Made by a program: the position numbers and the translations under genes
NCBI GenBank assembly: GCA_964543795.1
Contig: CAZIZN010000004.1
Location: forward strand, 83,988-147,987
From: an uncultured candidatus Brocadiaceae bacterium
GTDB taxonomy: Bacteria; Planctomycetota; UBA1135; UBA2386
Length of the DNA: 64,000 nt
Direction: 5' to 3'
Part shown: piece after piece, positions 43,886-52,632 of the stretch
How the letters are laid out: each line of letters opens with the position of its first letter
Position numbering within the stretch: position 1 is the first letter of the stretch
Notes under the pieces: model-generated
Seen by the model: the letters and a program-made list of their open reading frames with translations, nothing else
Databases searched by the model: none
What the model was told of the DNA's origin: nothing

Positions 43886-43979
43886 AAATAGCTGCGTACG
43901 GTACCTGGTTCGTTCCACCACCATTCTCCGCCCGCGGCAAATGGTGGTGGAACGAACCAGGTACCGTACGCAGCTATTT
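43886..43979. repeat. Perfect 40-bp inverted repeat (arms 43886..43925 and 43940..43979, 14-nt loop) between convergent genes; probable bidirectional terminator or REP-like element
   Basis: The arms were verified base by base as exact reverse complements. They are AT-richer than the surroundings. The flanks are GAAAA to the left and an arm ending TATTT on the right. The right arm overlaps the last codons and stop of the minus-strand GT2 gene. Confidence 0.9.
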
Positions 43980-44918
43980 CGAGTCGGGGAGGAAGCGGGC
44001 CACGTCGGCGGCGGAGGCGCGGTGGCCGCAGAGGCCCGCCAGGGTGCCGCGGAGCTTCGCGAACGCGGCGTGCGGCCCGGTGGCGAGCGTCAGCGGCCAC
44101 AGCAGGACGTCGAAGCAGAGCCAGGCGAGCCACGCCCGGACGGTCGGGCGCGCGCGCAGGTAGCGCACCGCGTTGCAGGCCATCAGGTACTTGCGCAACG
44201 GCGACCGGCCGCCGCCGGAGGAGGCGCCCGAGGCGTGCACGACGCGGACCCAGGGCAGCCAGACGATGCGGCCACCGCGCAGGCGCAGCCGGTCGCAGAG
44301 GTCGACGTCCTCCCAGTACATGAAGAAGCGCTCGTCGAAGCCGCCGATCGCGGCGAGTTCCTCGGTGCGGTAGAGCACGCACGCGGCGGGCAGGAACGGC
44401 ACGAGTTCGGGTCCGCTCTCGCGGGGTCGCGGCGGCCGGCCGTGCCCACGGAGCCGCAGGCCGTTGGGTGCGAAGCCGAGGCACCCTCCTTCGGCCCAGA
44501 CACTGCCGTCGGGGTGCAGCACCGTCGGCCCGACCGCGGCGACACGCGGGTCGTTGGCGAGCACCTCGGCGAGCACGTGCACGCCACCCTCGGGCAGGCG
44601 CAGGTCGTTGTTGAGCACCAGCGCGAACGGCCGCCCGCGCGCATGCGCCCACGCGATGCCGCGGTTCATGCCGCCGCAGAAGCCGAGGTTGTCGGCGAGG
44701 GCGAGCAGTTCGACCGCGTGCGGCGGGCACGCCGCTTCGCGCGCAGCAAGGCCCGCGCGCAGCACGGCCAGCGAGTCGTCGCCCGAACCGTTGTCGATCA
44801 CGAGCACGTCGAGCGCCTCGTCGCGCGCGGCCAGCAGGTCGTCGAGGCACGCCAGGGTCAGCGCAGGCTGGCGCCAGTTCAGCAGCAACGCGGCCGTGCG
44901 GCGTCCGGGCTCAGCCAC
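43974..44918 (-). CDS. Family-2 glycosyltransferase
   Basis: LVIDNGSGDDS, NLGFCGGMN, LNNDLRL and the ED-containing FFMYWEDVDLCDR motif of GT2 (rhamnosyltransferase-like). Confidence 0.85.
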   Translation of the reverse strand: MAEPGRRTAALLLNWRQPALTLACLDDLLAARDEALDVLVIDNGSGDDSLAVLRAGLAAREAACPPHAVELLALADNLGFCGGMNRGIAWAHARGRPFALVLNNDLRLPEGGVHVLAEVLANDPRVAAVGPTVLHPDGSVWAEGGCLGFAPNGLRLRGHGRPPRPRESGPELVPFLPAACVLYRTEELAAIGGFDERFFMYWEDVDLCDRLRLRGGRIVWLPWVRVVHASGASSGGGRSPLRKYLMACNAVRYLRARPTVRAWLAWLCFDVLLWPLTLATGPHAAFAKLRGTLAGLCGHRASAADVARFLPDSK

Positions 44919-45996
44919 AGAGCCACCTCACGAGCGACCAGTAGACCTGGAAACCGCGGTCGAGCGTGCGCCGCAGCGCTGCCTTGCCCCCCGCGTCGGC
45001 GAGCCCCGGGTTCAGCGTCATCGGCGCGCTCGTCAACAGATCGCGGTCGGGCACGGTGCGGCCGCGCTGCGCCGCGCCGCGCGCGGCGATCGCCGCGGGG
45101 ATCAGCCGGAGCAGCTCCCGCTTGCCGGCCCACCAGTCGCGCACGTGGCCGCGCGCGTGGCCGAAGCCGGCGTAGACGCAGCCATAGACGAGCTGTGCCG
45201 GCAGCGTGAGCAGCAGCGTGCGCCAGCGCATGCAGGTCAACAGCACGTAGTAGCGGTTGCGGCTGTGCAGGAACGTGCGCCGGCCCGGGTAGCTGGCGGC
45301 AGCGCCGCGGACCGACAGCCCGGCGGTGCCGGCGAGGTGGGTGCAGCGCGCGTCGGCCGCGAGCCAGATGCGGTGGCCCCGCATGCGCAGCTTGTAGGCG
45401 AACTGGTTGTCCTCGTAGAGGATGAACAGGCGTTCGTCGAACCCACCCACCTCCTCGTAGCGCTGCTTGCGAACGAGGAAACAGAGCGCGACCGCGGCGC
45501 CCACCTCGCGGGTGCCGGCCGCGACCTCGGCGAGCGGCCGGTACCAGTGGTGCAGGACGAGCGTGCCGAGGAAGTGCAGGTCGCCGCCGTCGTAGTGCAC
45601 CACCGACTCGTCGTCGCCGCAGAGCGACCGCGCCTGCGCCATCGCCGCCTCCGGATGCTCGGCCAATACCCGCAGCAACGCCGCGACGGCGCCGGCGTGC
45701 AGCACCACGTCGTTGTCGACGAACAGGCACAGTTCCCCGCGCGCCGCCGCAGCGCCGACGTTGCGGGCGTGGCACGGACCGGCGTTGCGGCCGGTGTCGA
45801 GCACGCGCACGGTCGGGAACCGCGCGGCGACGAACTCGCGGGAACCGTCGTCGCTGGCGTTGTCGACGAGGATCACCTCGTCGGGCGCAGGTTGTTGCAC
45901 CAGCAAGGCTTCGAGACACCGGCCCAGGTAGGCGCGGCCGTTCCAGTTGACCACGATCGCGCTCAGCACGAAGCCTGCGATCCTACGGCGCGCCAC
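44911..45996 (-). CDS. Family-2 glycosyltransferase
   Basis: SAIVVNWNG, ILVDNASDDGS, FVDNDVV and LFILYEDNQFAYK. The start is GTG 45996 or GTG 45969. Its 3' end overlaps the next gene by 8 nt. Confidence 0.8.
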   Translation of the reverse strand: MARRRIAGFVLSAIVVNWNGRAYLGRCLEALLVQQPAPDEVILVDNASDDGSREFVAARFPTVRVLDTGRNAGPCHARNVGAAAARGELCLFVDNDVVLHAGAVAALLRVLAEHPEAAMAQARSLCGDDESVVHYDGGDLHFLGTLVLHHWYRPLAEVAAGTREVGAAVALCFLVRKQRYEEVGGFDERLFILYEDNQFAYKLRMRGHRIWLAADARCTHLAGTAGLSVRGAAASYPGRRTFLHSRNRYYVLLTCMRWRTLLLTLPAQLVYGCVYAGFGHARGHVRDWWAGKRELLRLIPAAIAARGAAQRGRTVPDRDLLTSAPMTLNPGLADAGGKAALRRTLDRGFQVYWSLVRWLCG

Positions 45997-46009
45997 GGCC
46001 GGCCGCAGG

Positions 46010-46049
46010 GCAGAAAAACGGGTGATCGCCTCTCGTCAGGCGATCACCC
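46010..46049 (-). terminator. Intrinsic terminator-like hairpin inside the glycan locus
   Basis: The minus strand reads GGGTGATCGCC-TGACGAGA-GGCGATCACCC followed by GTTTTTCTG. That is an 11-bp perfect stem, an 8-nt loop and a T5 tract. It lies about 160 nt after the stop at 46213 and about 15 nt before the next start. Confidence 0.55.
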
Positions 46050-46212
46050 TCCCTTGCACATCTCTCGACCCGGTCGACGAGTCGCCACTGGGCAGCGGCT
46101 CGACGGCCGGGCGTGGCACCCCGGCTCGCGCCGGGACACCCGGGGGTAAGGCGCCGTTGGCGCCGATCCGGCCGGATGCTTCCGGAAAAATCGTGTGGCC
46201 GGCCGCCGGCGC

Positions 46213-47136
46213 TCACCGCAGCGGCGGCTCGAAGTCGGGGTGCCGGCAGACCTGCCGGTGCCGCAGGCAGTGGCGCAGGCTGCCTAGCGCCGCCAGGGTC
46301 GCACGCAGGCAGACCCAGTACCCGAACGGCACCGCCTTGATGTTGTCGAACAGGCCGATCGTGCCGACCGCGTCGGCGACCTCCCCGCCGGCACCCTGCT
46401 TCTTGCCGCCGAGCCCCTTCTTCAGGAACACGAACGGGAAGCCGAGCACCTGGCTCCACGGCAGGTACTTGAACGCGTAGAGCCAGAAGTTGCGCACGTG
46501 GTAGTAGAGGCTGCGGCGGCCGTGCCGCATGCCGAACGGCGCTTTGTGGAACACCTCGACGCTCGGCACCATCTTGACGCGGTGGCCGAGGTTGAGCAGG
46601 CGGGTCGTCAGGTCGCGTTCGTTGCCGAAGATGAAGAAGCGGATGTCGTACCAGCCGGCCGCGCGGATCGCCGCAGCGCGGGCCATCGAGCCGCAGCCGC
46701 GGAACGTCGGCAGGTACCGCTCGGTGTTCACCTGCGGCGAGTCCTTGTACCAGTCCGGCATCTCGGGCTCGATCACCTTGGGCGACAGGATCGCGGTCGT
46801 CGGCGGCTCGGCGGCGAACTTCGCGAGCATGTGCTCGACGAAGGTCGGCGGCAGCACGACGTCGTCGTCGAGGATGCCGACGAACTCGCCGCGCGCGCTG
46901 GCGAAGCCGACGTTGAAGGTCTCGCAGGCGCCGTAGCCGCTGTGCGGCATGCGGATCAGGTGCACCCACGGGAACTCGGCGAGCACCATCTCCGGCGTGC
47001 CGTCCTTGCTGCAGTTGTCGACGACGACGACCTCGTCGGCCTTGACGGTCTGCGCCTCGATCGCACGCAGGTTGTCGCGCAGGTCGTCCTTGCGGTTCCA
47101 GACCGAGATGACGAGCGACACCGTCGGCTGCTTCAC
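46213..47136 (-). CDS. Family-2 glycosyltransferase
   Basis: GTG at 47136 (GTGA overlap). SLVISVWNRKDDL, VVVDNCSKDGT and GILDDDVVL. Confidence 0.8.
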   Translation of the reverse strand: MKQPTVSLVISVWNRKDDLRDNLRAIEAQTVKADEVVVVDNCSKDGTPEMVLAEFPWVHLIRMPHSGYGACETFNVGFASARGEFVGILDDDVVLPPTFVEHMLAKFAAEPPTTAILSPKVIEPEMPDWYKDSPQVNTERYLPTFRGCGSMARAAAIRAAGWYDIRFFIFGNERDLTTRLLNLGHRVKMVPSVEVFHKAPFGMRHGRRSLYYHVRNFWLYAFKYLPWSQVLGFPFVFLKKGLGGKKQGAGGEVADAVGTIGLFDNIKAVPFGYWVCLRATLAALGSLRHCLRHRQVCRHPDFEPPLR

Positions 47137-47867
47137 GTCTCGTCCCTCAGCAGGAGCCCCTGCAGTTCGTCGGCGAGTGCGAAGGCGCGCGGCAACTCGG
47201 CGGGGCGCAGGTCGGCGAACATCTCGCCGTAGAGCACGCCGCCGATGTCGAGGTTGACGGTCGCGGCGCGGTCGCGGTGTTCGCTCATGCCGGGCAGGTC
47301 GATGTAGACGTTCTGCGAGGCGTACGCCTGCAGCGCCTTGTACTTCACCGGGTAGGTGTCGGTCGTGTCGAACAGCACACCGCCGGGCACGACGTGGTTG
47401 ACGCCGTAGCCGAGACACCGGCAATCGGCGGGCAACGCGTCCGCGGCGAGCGCGGTCGCCCGCGCGACGGCGCGGTGGTCCCGATGCGCCTCGCCGGGCC
47501 AGAACGAATAGAGCGTGCGCGGCGCCGTGGCCGCGAACAGGGCCCGGAAGCGCGCCGCGAGCGCGTCGAGGTGCGTCGGCAGTTCGCCGTCGGGCAGGTC
47601 CCAGTGCAGGGCCGCGCCGAGGCCGAGCCGGGCCAGTGCCTCGGCGCCTTCGCGGCGCCGCACCGCGCGGATGTCGTTCTCGCGCGCGCCGGGGTCGCCG
47701 CGGGCACCGTCGGTGCAGTGCACGACCGTGACCGCGTGGCCCTGCCGGGCGTGCCACGCGAGCATGCCGCCGGCACCGATCACCTCGTCGTCGGGGTGCG
47801 CGGCGAGCACGAGCACGGGGGCGCGCAGCGGGTCGCGCGGCAACAGCGGACAGAAGCGGTGCTTCAT
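47133..47867 (-). CDS. PIG-L/LmbE family N-acetylglucosaminyl deacetylase
   Basis: ATG at 47867 (ATGA overlap). Signature LVLAAHPDDEVIGAGG; HCTDG; HRDH. Confidence 0.85.
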   Translation of the reverse strand: MKHRFCPLLPRDPLRAPVLVLAAHPDDEVIGAGGMLAWHARQGHAVTVVHCTDGARGDPGARENDIRAVRRREGAEALARLGLGAALHWDLPDGELPTHLDALAARFRALFAATAPRTLYSFWPGEAHRDHRAVARATALAADALPADCRCLGYGVNHVVPGGVLFDTTDTYPVKYKALQAYASQNVYIDLPGMSEHRDRAATVNLDIGGVLYGEMFADLRPAELPRAFALADELQGLLLRDET

Positions 47868-49072
47868 GCGATCTCGCGGTAGAGGTCGAGGTGGCGCGCC
47901 GCCGAACCGGCGATCGTCGGCCGCTGGGCGGGGATGGCCTGGCGCAGGGCGGCGAGGCGTGCGGGGGAACCTACCAGCATGCGCAGCGCGTCGGCCAAGG
48001 TCTCGAGCGCTGCGACCTCGACGCCGGGCTGCCCCCGGCGTTCGGCGAACGCGCCGCGGTCCGAGACCAGCGCGGGCACGCCGTGCGCGAGCGCCTCGTC
48101 GACGACGAGCCCGTAGGTCTCCTGGCAGCGCGACGGGAACACCGCGAGGTGCAGGTTGCGCGCCGGATGCGGGTCGGCCGCGGCATAGGCACCGTGCTCG
48201 ACCAGCCGGATGCCGCCGGCGGCGGCCAGTTCGCGCATGCGCGCGCCGAACTCCGGTTGGATCCACGGCCCGAACAGGTGCAATTCGAGCGGCAGCCCCT
48301 GTGCGGCGCGGATCAACTCGTAGATGCCCTTCTCGGCGACGAGGCTGCCGAAGGTGCCGACGCGCAGCGGTTCGTCGGGGCGCGGCGGCGCGGCGCGCTC
48401 GGCCGCCGGCACGGCGCGCAGCAGTCCGTGCGGCACGACCTCGATGCGGCCCGCGTATGGCAGGCATTCGCGCACGAACGTCGCCGTCGTGCGGCTCGGC
48501 GCGGTGCACACCCGAGCCCGCGCGACGTCGGCGCGCACGGCGTCGTCGCGCGCCGCGATCGCCGCGGCGAGCGCGGCTGTGCCCCTGCCGACCACCTGAT
48601 CGAGGCAGGGCGCACAGGCGCCGCGATCGACCCCGGACGGGCAGGTGATGCCGGCGGGCGGCAGGCGGAAGTAGCGCGCGCAGGTGACCCAGAGGTCGTG
48701 GAACGTCAGCAGCACGGGGATGCCGAGGTCCGCGCAGACAGCGAGCGTGCCCGCACCGAACGCGGCGAACGAATGCGCGTGCACGACGTCGGGTCGCACG
48801 TCGCCGAGCCAGTCGGCGACCATGGCGAGCAGCCGCGGCCGCACGAAGCCGTCGTGGTCCCACTCGCCGTGTTTCCGCCAGAGCCGCCGCACGGGCACGC
48901 CTTCGTACACCTCGTCCTTCGCGTCGACGCCGGCGTGCACCGCGACGCTGCTGGTGATCGCGGCGAGGTCGACGCCGAGCCCTCGCAGTTCGCGCGCCAG
49001 GGCCGCGACCACCTGCTCGGTGCCGCCGCGGCCCTCGGGTGGGTAGTTGGAGGTCACGAAGGCGACCTTCAC
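47864..49072 (-). CDS. Family-4 (GT-B) glycosyltransferase
   Basis: GTG at 49072 (GTGA overlap). N-terminal VAFVTSNYPPEGRGGTEQ and C-terminal FPSRCQETYGLVVDEALAHGVPAL (EX7E). Confidence 0.85.
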   Translation of the reverse strand: MKVAFVTSNYPPEGRGGTEQVVAALARELRGLGVDLAAITSSVAVHAGVDAKDEVYEGVPVRRLWRKHGEWDHDGFVRPRLLAMVADWLGDVRPDVVHAHSFAAFGAGTLAVCADLGIPVLLTFHDLWVTCARYFRLPPAGITCPSGVDRGACAPCLDQVVGRGTAALAAAIAARDDAVRADVARARVCTAPSRTTATFVRECLPYAGRIEVVPHGLLRAVPAAERAAPPRPDEPLRVGTFGSLVAEKGIYELIRAAQGLPLELHLFGPWIQPEFGARMRELAAAGGIRLVEHGAYAAADPHPARNLHLAVFPSRCQETYGLVVDEALAHGVPALVSDRGAFAERRGQPGVEVAALETLADALRMLVGSPARLAALRQAIPAQRPTIAGSAARHLDLYREIA

Positions 49073-49989
49073 GACCACAGCTCCGCTTCGGCGGCCCGCA
49101 GGTGCGCGCGTTCGGCGGCGCGCGCCGCCGGATCGTCCGGGTGGCGCCGCGCGATCTTGCGCCGCTCCTCCCAGATGCGCAGCCGCACGCAGATGCGGAT
49201 CCAGGCGCGGCCCGGCCAGCCGTAGTGTTTGTCGTAGTAGGCGAGCCGGTTCTTGTGCCAGACCACGAGCATCTTCGCGAAGTGCCGCGTGCTGCCGCCG
49301 CGATGGTGCAGCACCTCGGCCTCGGCGAGATAGCGGATGCGCCGCCCGGACCGCCACAGCCGGCGCGACAGGTCGACGTCGTTGTAGAACAGCGACAAGC
49401 GTTCGTCGAGGCCGCCCAGACGCCGCCATTCCGCGAGCGCCATCAGGAAGCACGCACCCGGCGGCTGGTCGACGTCGCGCGAGGCGAGATGATCGAAGTC
49501 GCGCATCAGGTAGCGGTCCTGCACGACCCGGCCCGGCCAGAACGTGCCCCACCACGAATCGAAGCACAGCGCCGTCGCGAACGTCGGGAAGCGCTGGCAG
49601 GCGTGCTGCACGGTGCCGTCGGGATCGACGAGCCTTGGCGCCACGGCGCCGTAGTCGGGATGTCCGCGCAGGAAGTCGACCAGCAGGTCGAGCGCGCCGG
49701 GCCGGACCTCGGTGTCCGAGTTCAGCGTGCACAGGAACTCGCCCTGCGCCAGCGCGGCGCCCTGGTTGTTGCCTGCCGCGTAGAGGCGGTTGTCGGGGTT
49801 GCGCACGAGGCGCACCGCGGGGAACCGGGCGGCGATCGCGTCGGCCGAGCCGTCGGCGCTGCCGTTGTCGACGACGATCACTTCGCGCGCGTGCCGCGGC
49901 GTCTCGGCGAACAGCGCCGCGAGGCACGCGAGCGTCAGGTCGCGCGTGTTCCAGCTCAGTACGACGACCGACAGCACCGGTGCGCTCAC
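49069..49989 (-). CDS. Family-2 glycosyltransferase
   Basis: GTG at 49989 (GTGA overlap). SVVVLSWNT, IVVDNGSADGS, LNSDTEV and LSLFYNDVDLSRR. Confidence 0.85.
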   Translation of the reverse strand: MSAPVLSVVVLSWNTRDLTLACLAALFAETPRHAREVIVVDNGSADGSADAIAARFPAVRLVRNPDNRLYAAGNNQGAALAQGEFLCTLNSDTEVRPGALDLLVDFLRGHPDYGAVAPRLVDPDGTVQHACQRFPTFATALCFDSWWGTFWPGRVVQDRYLMRDFDHLASRDVDQPPGACFLMALAEWRRLGGLDERLSLFYNDVDLSRRLWRSGRRIRYLAEAEVLHHRGGSTRHFAKMLVVWHKNRLAYYDKHYGWPGRAWIRICVRLRIWEERRKIARRHPDDPAARAAERAHLRAAEAELWS

Positions 49990-51206
49990 GCGCCACCTCC
50001 GGGCTTCTGCACCGCCGTGCCGAGGTGCGAGAGGCACTGGAAGCGCCACGTGCCGAGCGGCTCGGGTCGCCCGCGACTCAGGTCGAACGCGCTGTAGAAG
50101 AACGTCGCGTAGCCGAAGTTCCGCCACATCGCCGGGCTCGGGGTCCACCGGTCGCCGCTGCCGAACATGCCGCCCGAGAGGTAGAAGCGCGAATCGAGCG
50201 ACATCAGCAGCAGGAACCGCTCGCAGCGGCGGGGCAGCACGATCACGGGCGGCTCGCTGCTGGCGCCGAGGTCCGTCATCGGTCCGTGCGGCGGCAGCTT
50301 GCGCCAGCGCCGCGTCCAGCGGTGCTGCAGCAGGCCCTGCTGGAGACGCAGGGCCCAGCGGCCGAGCCGGCCGTACCACTTCTCGTAGTAGAGCTGCCGG
50401 CTCGCGTCGTGCCGCTTCCACATCGTCTCGGGATCGCTCATGCCGGAACGGTTGACGAAGTGCACGAGCCGCGCGTCGGGCACCTGCGTGATCGTGCGGC
50501 CCGAACGGCGGATCCTCACCGACAGATCGGCGTCTTCGTAGTAGAGCGGGAAGCGCTCGTCGAACCGGCCGATCGTCTCGAAGTAGCCGCGCTCGACGAG
50601 GAACAGGCAGCCCGACATCATCGGCAGCGCCATCGGCGCCGTCGCGTTCCAGACGCGCAGCCAGCTGTGCAGCAGACGGCGCGCGTACCAGCGGCTCGCG
50701 CGCCGCGAGAACGCCGCCACGGTCGTGATCGCCACGTCCCACAGCGTCGGCAGCGTGTTCGGCGGCAGCCGGCCCATGAAGTCGGTGTCCCAGAAGCCCT
50801 TGGGCACCGCGATGCCTGTGCGGGGATCGTTCTCGACCTGCCGCTGCAGCGCTGGGATCAGCCCCGGCGTGAACAGCAGGTCGGGGTTGCTGACGACGAT
50901 CCACTTGCCGCGGCTCGCCGCGAGGGCGAGGTTCATGCCCTTGCTGTAGCCGCCGTTCTCGGTGTGCAGCACGAGCCGGCCGGCCTGCGGATCGCCCTGC
51001 TGCTCGGCCAGCAGCCGCAGTTCCCTCTCGACGGCGGCGATGCGCTGCGGATCGCGGTTGGGCGACAGGTTGTCGACGACGATGCACTCCATGGGCATCG
51101 GCGATCCGTCGGGGCGCGTCGGGCCGTGCGCGCGCAGCGAGGCGATCGCCTTCTCGCACTCGCCCCACGTGTTGTAGTTGACGATCAGTACGGACAGCTC
51201 GGCCAT
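49986..51206 (-). CDS. Family-2 glycosyltransferase with long C-terminal extension
   Basis: ATG at 51206. SVLIVNYNT, IVVDNLS, GYSKGMN, SNPDLLF and FPLYYEDADLSVR. Confidence 0.8.
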   Translation of the reverse strand: MAELSVLIVNYNTWGECEKAIASLRAHGPTRPDGSPMPMECIVVDNLSPNRDPQRIAAVERELRLLAEQQGDPQAGRLVLHTENGGYSKGMNLALAASRGKWIVVSNPDLLFTPGLIPALQRQVENDPRTGIAVPKGFWDTDFMGRLPPNTLPTLWDVAITTVAAFSRRASRWYARRLLHSWLRVWNATAPMALPMMSGCLFLVERGYFETIGRFDERFPLYYEDADLSVRIRRSGRTITQVPDARLVHFVNRSGMSDPETMWKRHDASRQLYYEKWYGRLGRWALRLQQGLLQHRWTRRWRKLPPHGPMTDLGASSEPPVIVLPRRCERFLLLMSLDSRFYLSGGMFGSGDRWTPSPAMWRNFGYATFFYSAFDLSRGRPEPLGTWRFQCLSHLGTAVQKPGGGA

Positions 51207-51351
51207 CGTGCAGCGTGCGGCGCGCCCGATCGGCGCAGTGGGTTCGGCAGTCCAGGATCGGCGATCGGTCGGCGGCAGCAGTATCCCAGGCGCCGCCGAT
51301 TCGCGGCGGGCGGCAACGCGCCTTGGCATGGCGCCGTCGGCGGCGCTCCAC

Positions 51352-51843
51352 TCACGACTTCTTCACGCCGGCTGCCGGATCGCGCGGCGCCTGCATGCCG
51401 TCCTGCTTGTCGCCGAGCCGGCGCACGAGCTTCTCGCCGAAGATCGTCTCGCGCTCCTTGTCCTGGCCGTCGTCGGACCAGTCGGACTCGGCGGGGTCGG
51501 TCGCGCGTCGCAGGTCCTTGACCTTCTGCTGCTCGAACACGAAGCGGATCGGCCAGCCCTCCTGCGGCGTGCCCTCGTCGATCATCACCTCGGCGACGAG
51601 CCGGTAACGCCCGGGCCGGCCGAGGCCGAGCTGCCGCAGCCGCCAGCGCGACTGCAGCGTGCCGAGCCCGCGGTCCGAGGTGCTCGGGTCGATGGTGAGG
51701 CCGTCGTTGCGGGCGATGAACAGGAGGCCGTCGTAGCACTCGCCGAAGGTCATCGGCGCCGTCTTCATCTCGCGCCAGTCGTGCACGAGCCCACAGCTGG
51801 CGAAGAACGGCGCGGCGAGCGCGAGGAGGAGGCAGTGTCTCAT
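51352..51843 (-). CDS. Putative lipoprotein, unknown function
   Basis: ATG at 51843. MRHCLLLALAAPFFASCG lipobox. No domain recognised. Confidence 0.55.
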   Translation of the reverse strand: MRHCLLLALAAPFFASCGLVHDWREMKTAPMTFGECYDGLLFIARNDGLTIDPSTSDRGLGTLQSRWRLRQLGLGRPGRYRLVAEVMIDEGTPQEGWPIRFVFEQQKVKDLRRATDPAESDWSDDGQDKERETIFGEKLVRRLGDKQDGMQAPRDPAAGVKKS

Positions 51844-51872
51844 GCGGGCGGGGCAGTATACCGGTCGTCGCC

Positions 51873-52535
51873 GTGACCCCGCAGCACGCATTCCTGTTCG
51901 ACCTCGACGGCACGCTCGCCGACACGCTCGCCGACATCGCCGCGAGCACCAACCACGTGCGCGCGGCGCACGGCCTGGCGGCGCTGCCGGCGGCGGTCGT
52001 GCGCACGTTCGTCGGCGACGGCGCGCGCACGCTGCTCCGACGCGCGCTCGACGGTGCGCTCCCGACCGATCCGCCGGCGCGCGAGGCGGCGATCGACGCG
52101 GCGTTCGCGCTCTACGCCGAGCACCATGCGACCGGATGCCTCTGCCAGGTGCGGGCGTATCCCGGCGTCACCGAGGTGCTGACCGGGCTGCGCGCCGAGG
52201 GCTGCGCGCTCGCCGTGGTCACCAACAAGCCCGAACGCTTCGCGGTGCCGATCGTCGCCCACCTCGGCCTTCACGCGCTGCTGCCGGTCGTCGTCGGCGG
52301 CGACACGCTGGCGGTGAAGAAACCCGACCCGGCGCCGCTGCGGCACGCGCTGGCCCGGCTCGGCGTGCCGGCCGCTCACGCGACGATGGTCGGCGACGGC
52401 GTGCAGGACCTGCGCGCGGCGAAGGCGGCGGGCCTGCGCACGATCGCGTGCCTGTTCGGCTACGGCGACGCCGCGGCGCTGCGCGCCGAGGGCGCCGACG
52501 CGTACTGGAGCGCGTTCGGGCGGACGGCGGACTGA
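51873..52535 (+). CDS. HAD-superfamily phosphatase (phosphoglycolate phosphatase-like)
   Basis: GTG at 51873. Motif I FDLDGTLADT, motif II VVTNKP, KKPDP, and motif IV MVGDGVQD. Confidence 0.8.
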   Translation: MTPQHAFLFDLDGTLADTLADIAASTNHVRAAHGLAALPAAVVRTFVGDGARTLLRRALDGALPTDPPAREAAIDAAFALYAEHHATGCLCQVRAYPGVTEVLTGLRAEGCALAVVTNKPERFAVPIVAHLGLHALLPVVVGGDTLAVKKPDPAPLRHALARLGVPAAHATMVGDGVQDLRAAKAAGLRTIACLFGYGDAAALRAEGADAYWSAFGRTAD

Positions 52536-52632
52536 GCGTGGCCGATCTGCGGCGGCGGTCGCAGGGCAAGCCGCGCGCGGGCGCCCGCACCCACGGCGCA
52601 TCGGGTCGCGCACGCCGGGTCGAAGCTGCGGC

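Noticed and set aside
43886-43979. Inverted repeat as the ends of an insertion sequence or MITE
   Set aside because: Only 14 nt lie between the arms, no transposase is nearby, and I cannot verify target-site duplications. It is kept as a repeat/terminator finding, not called a mobile element.
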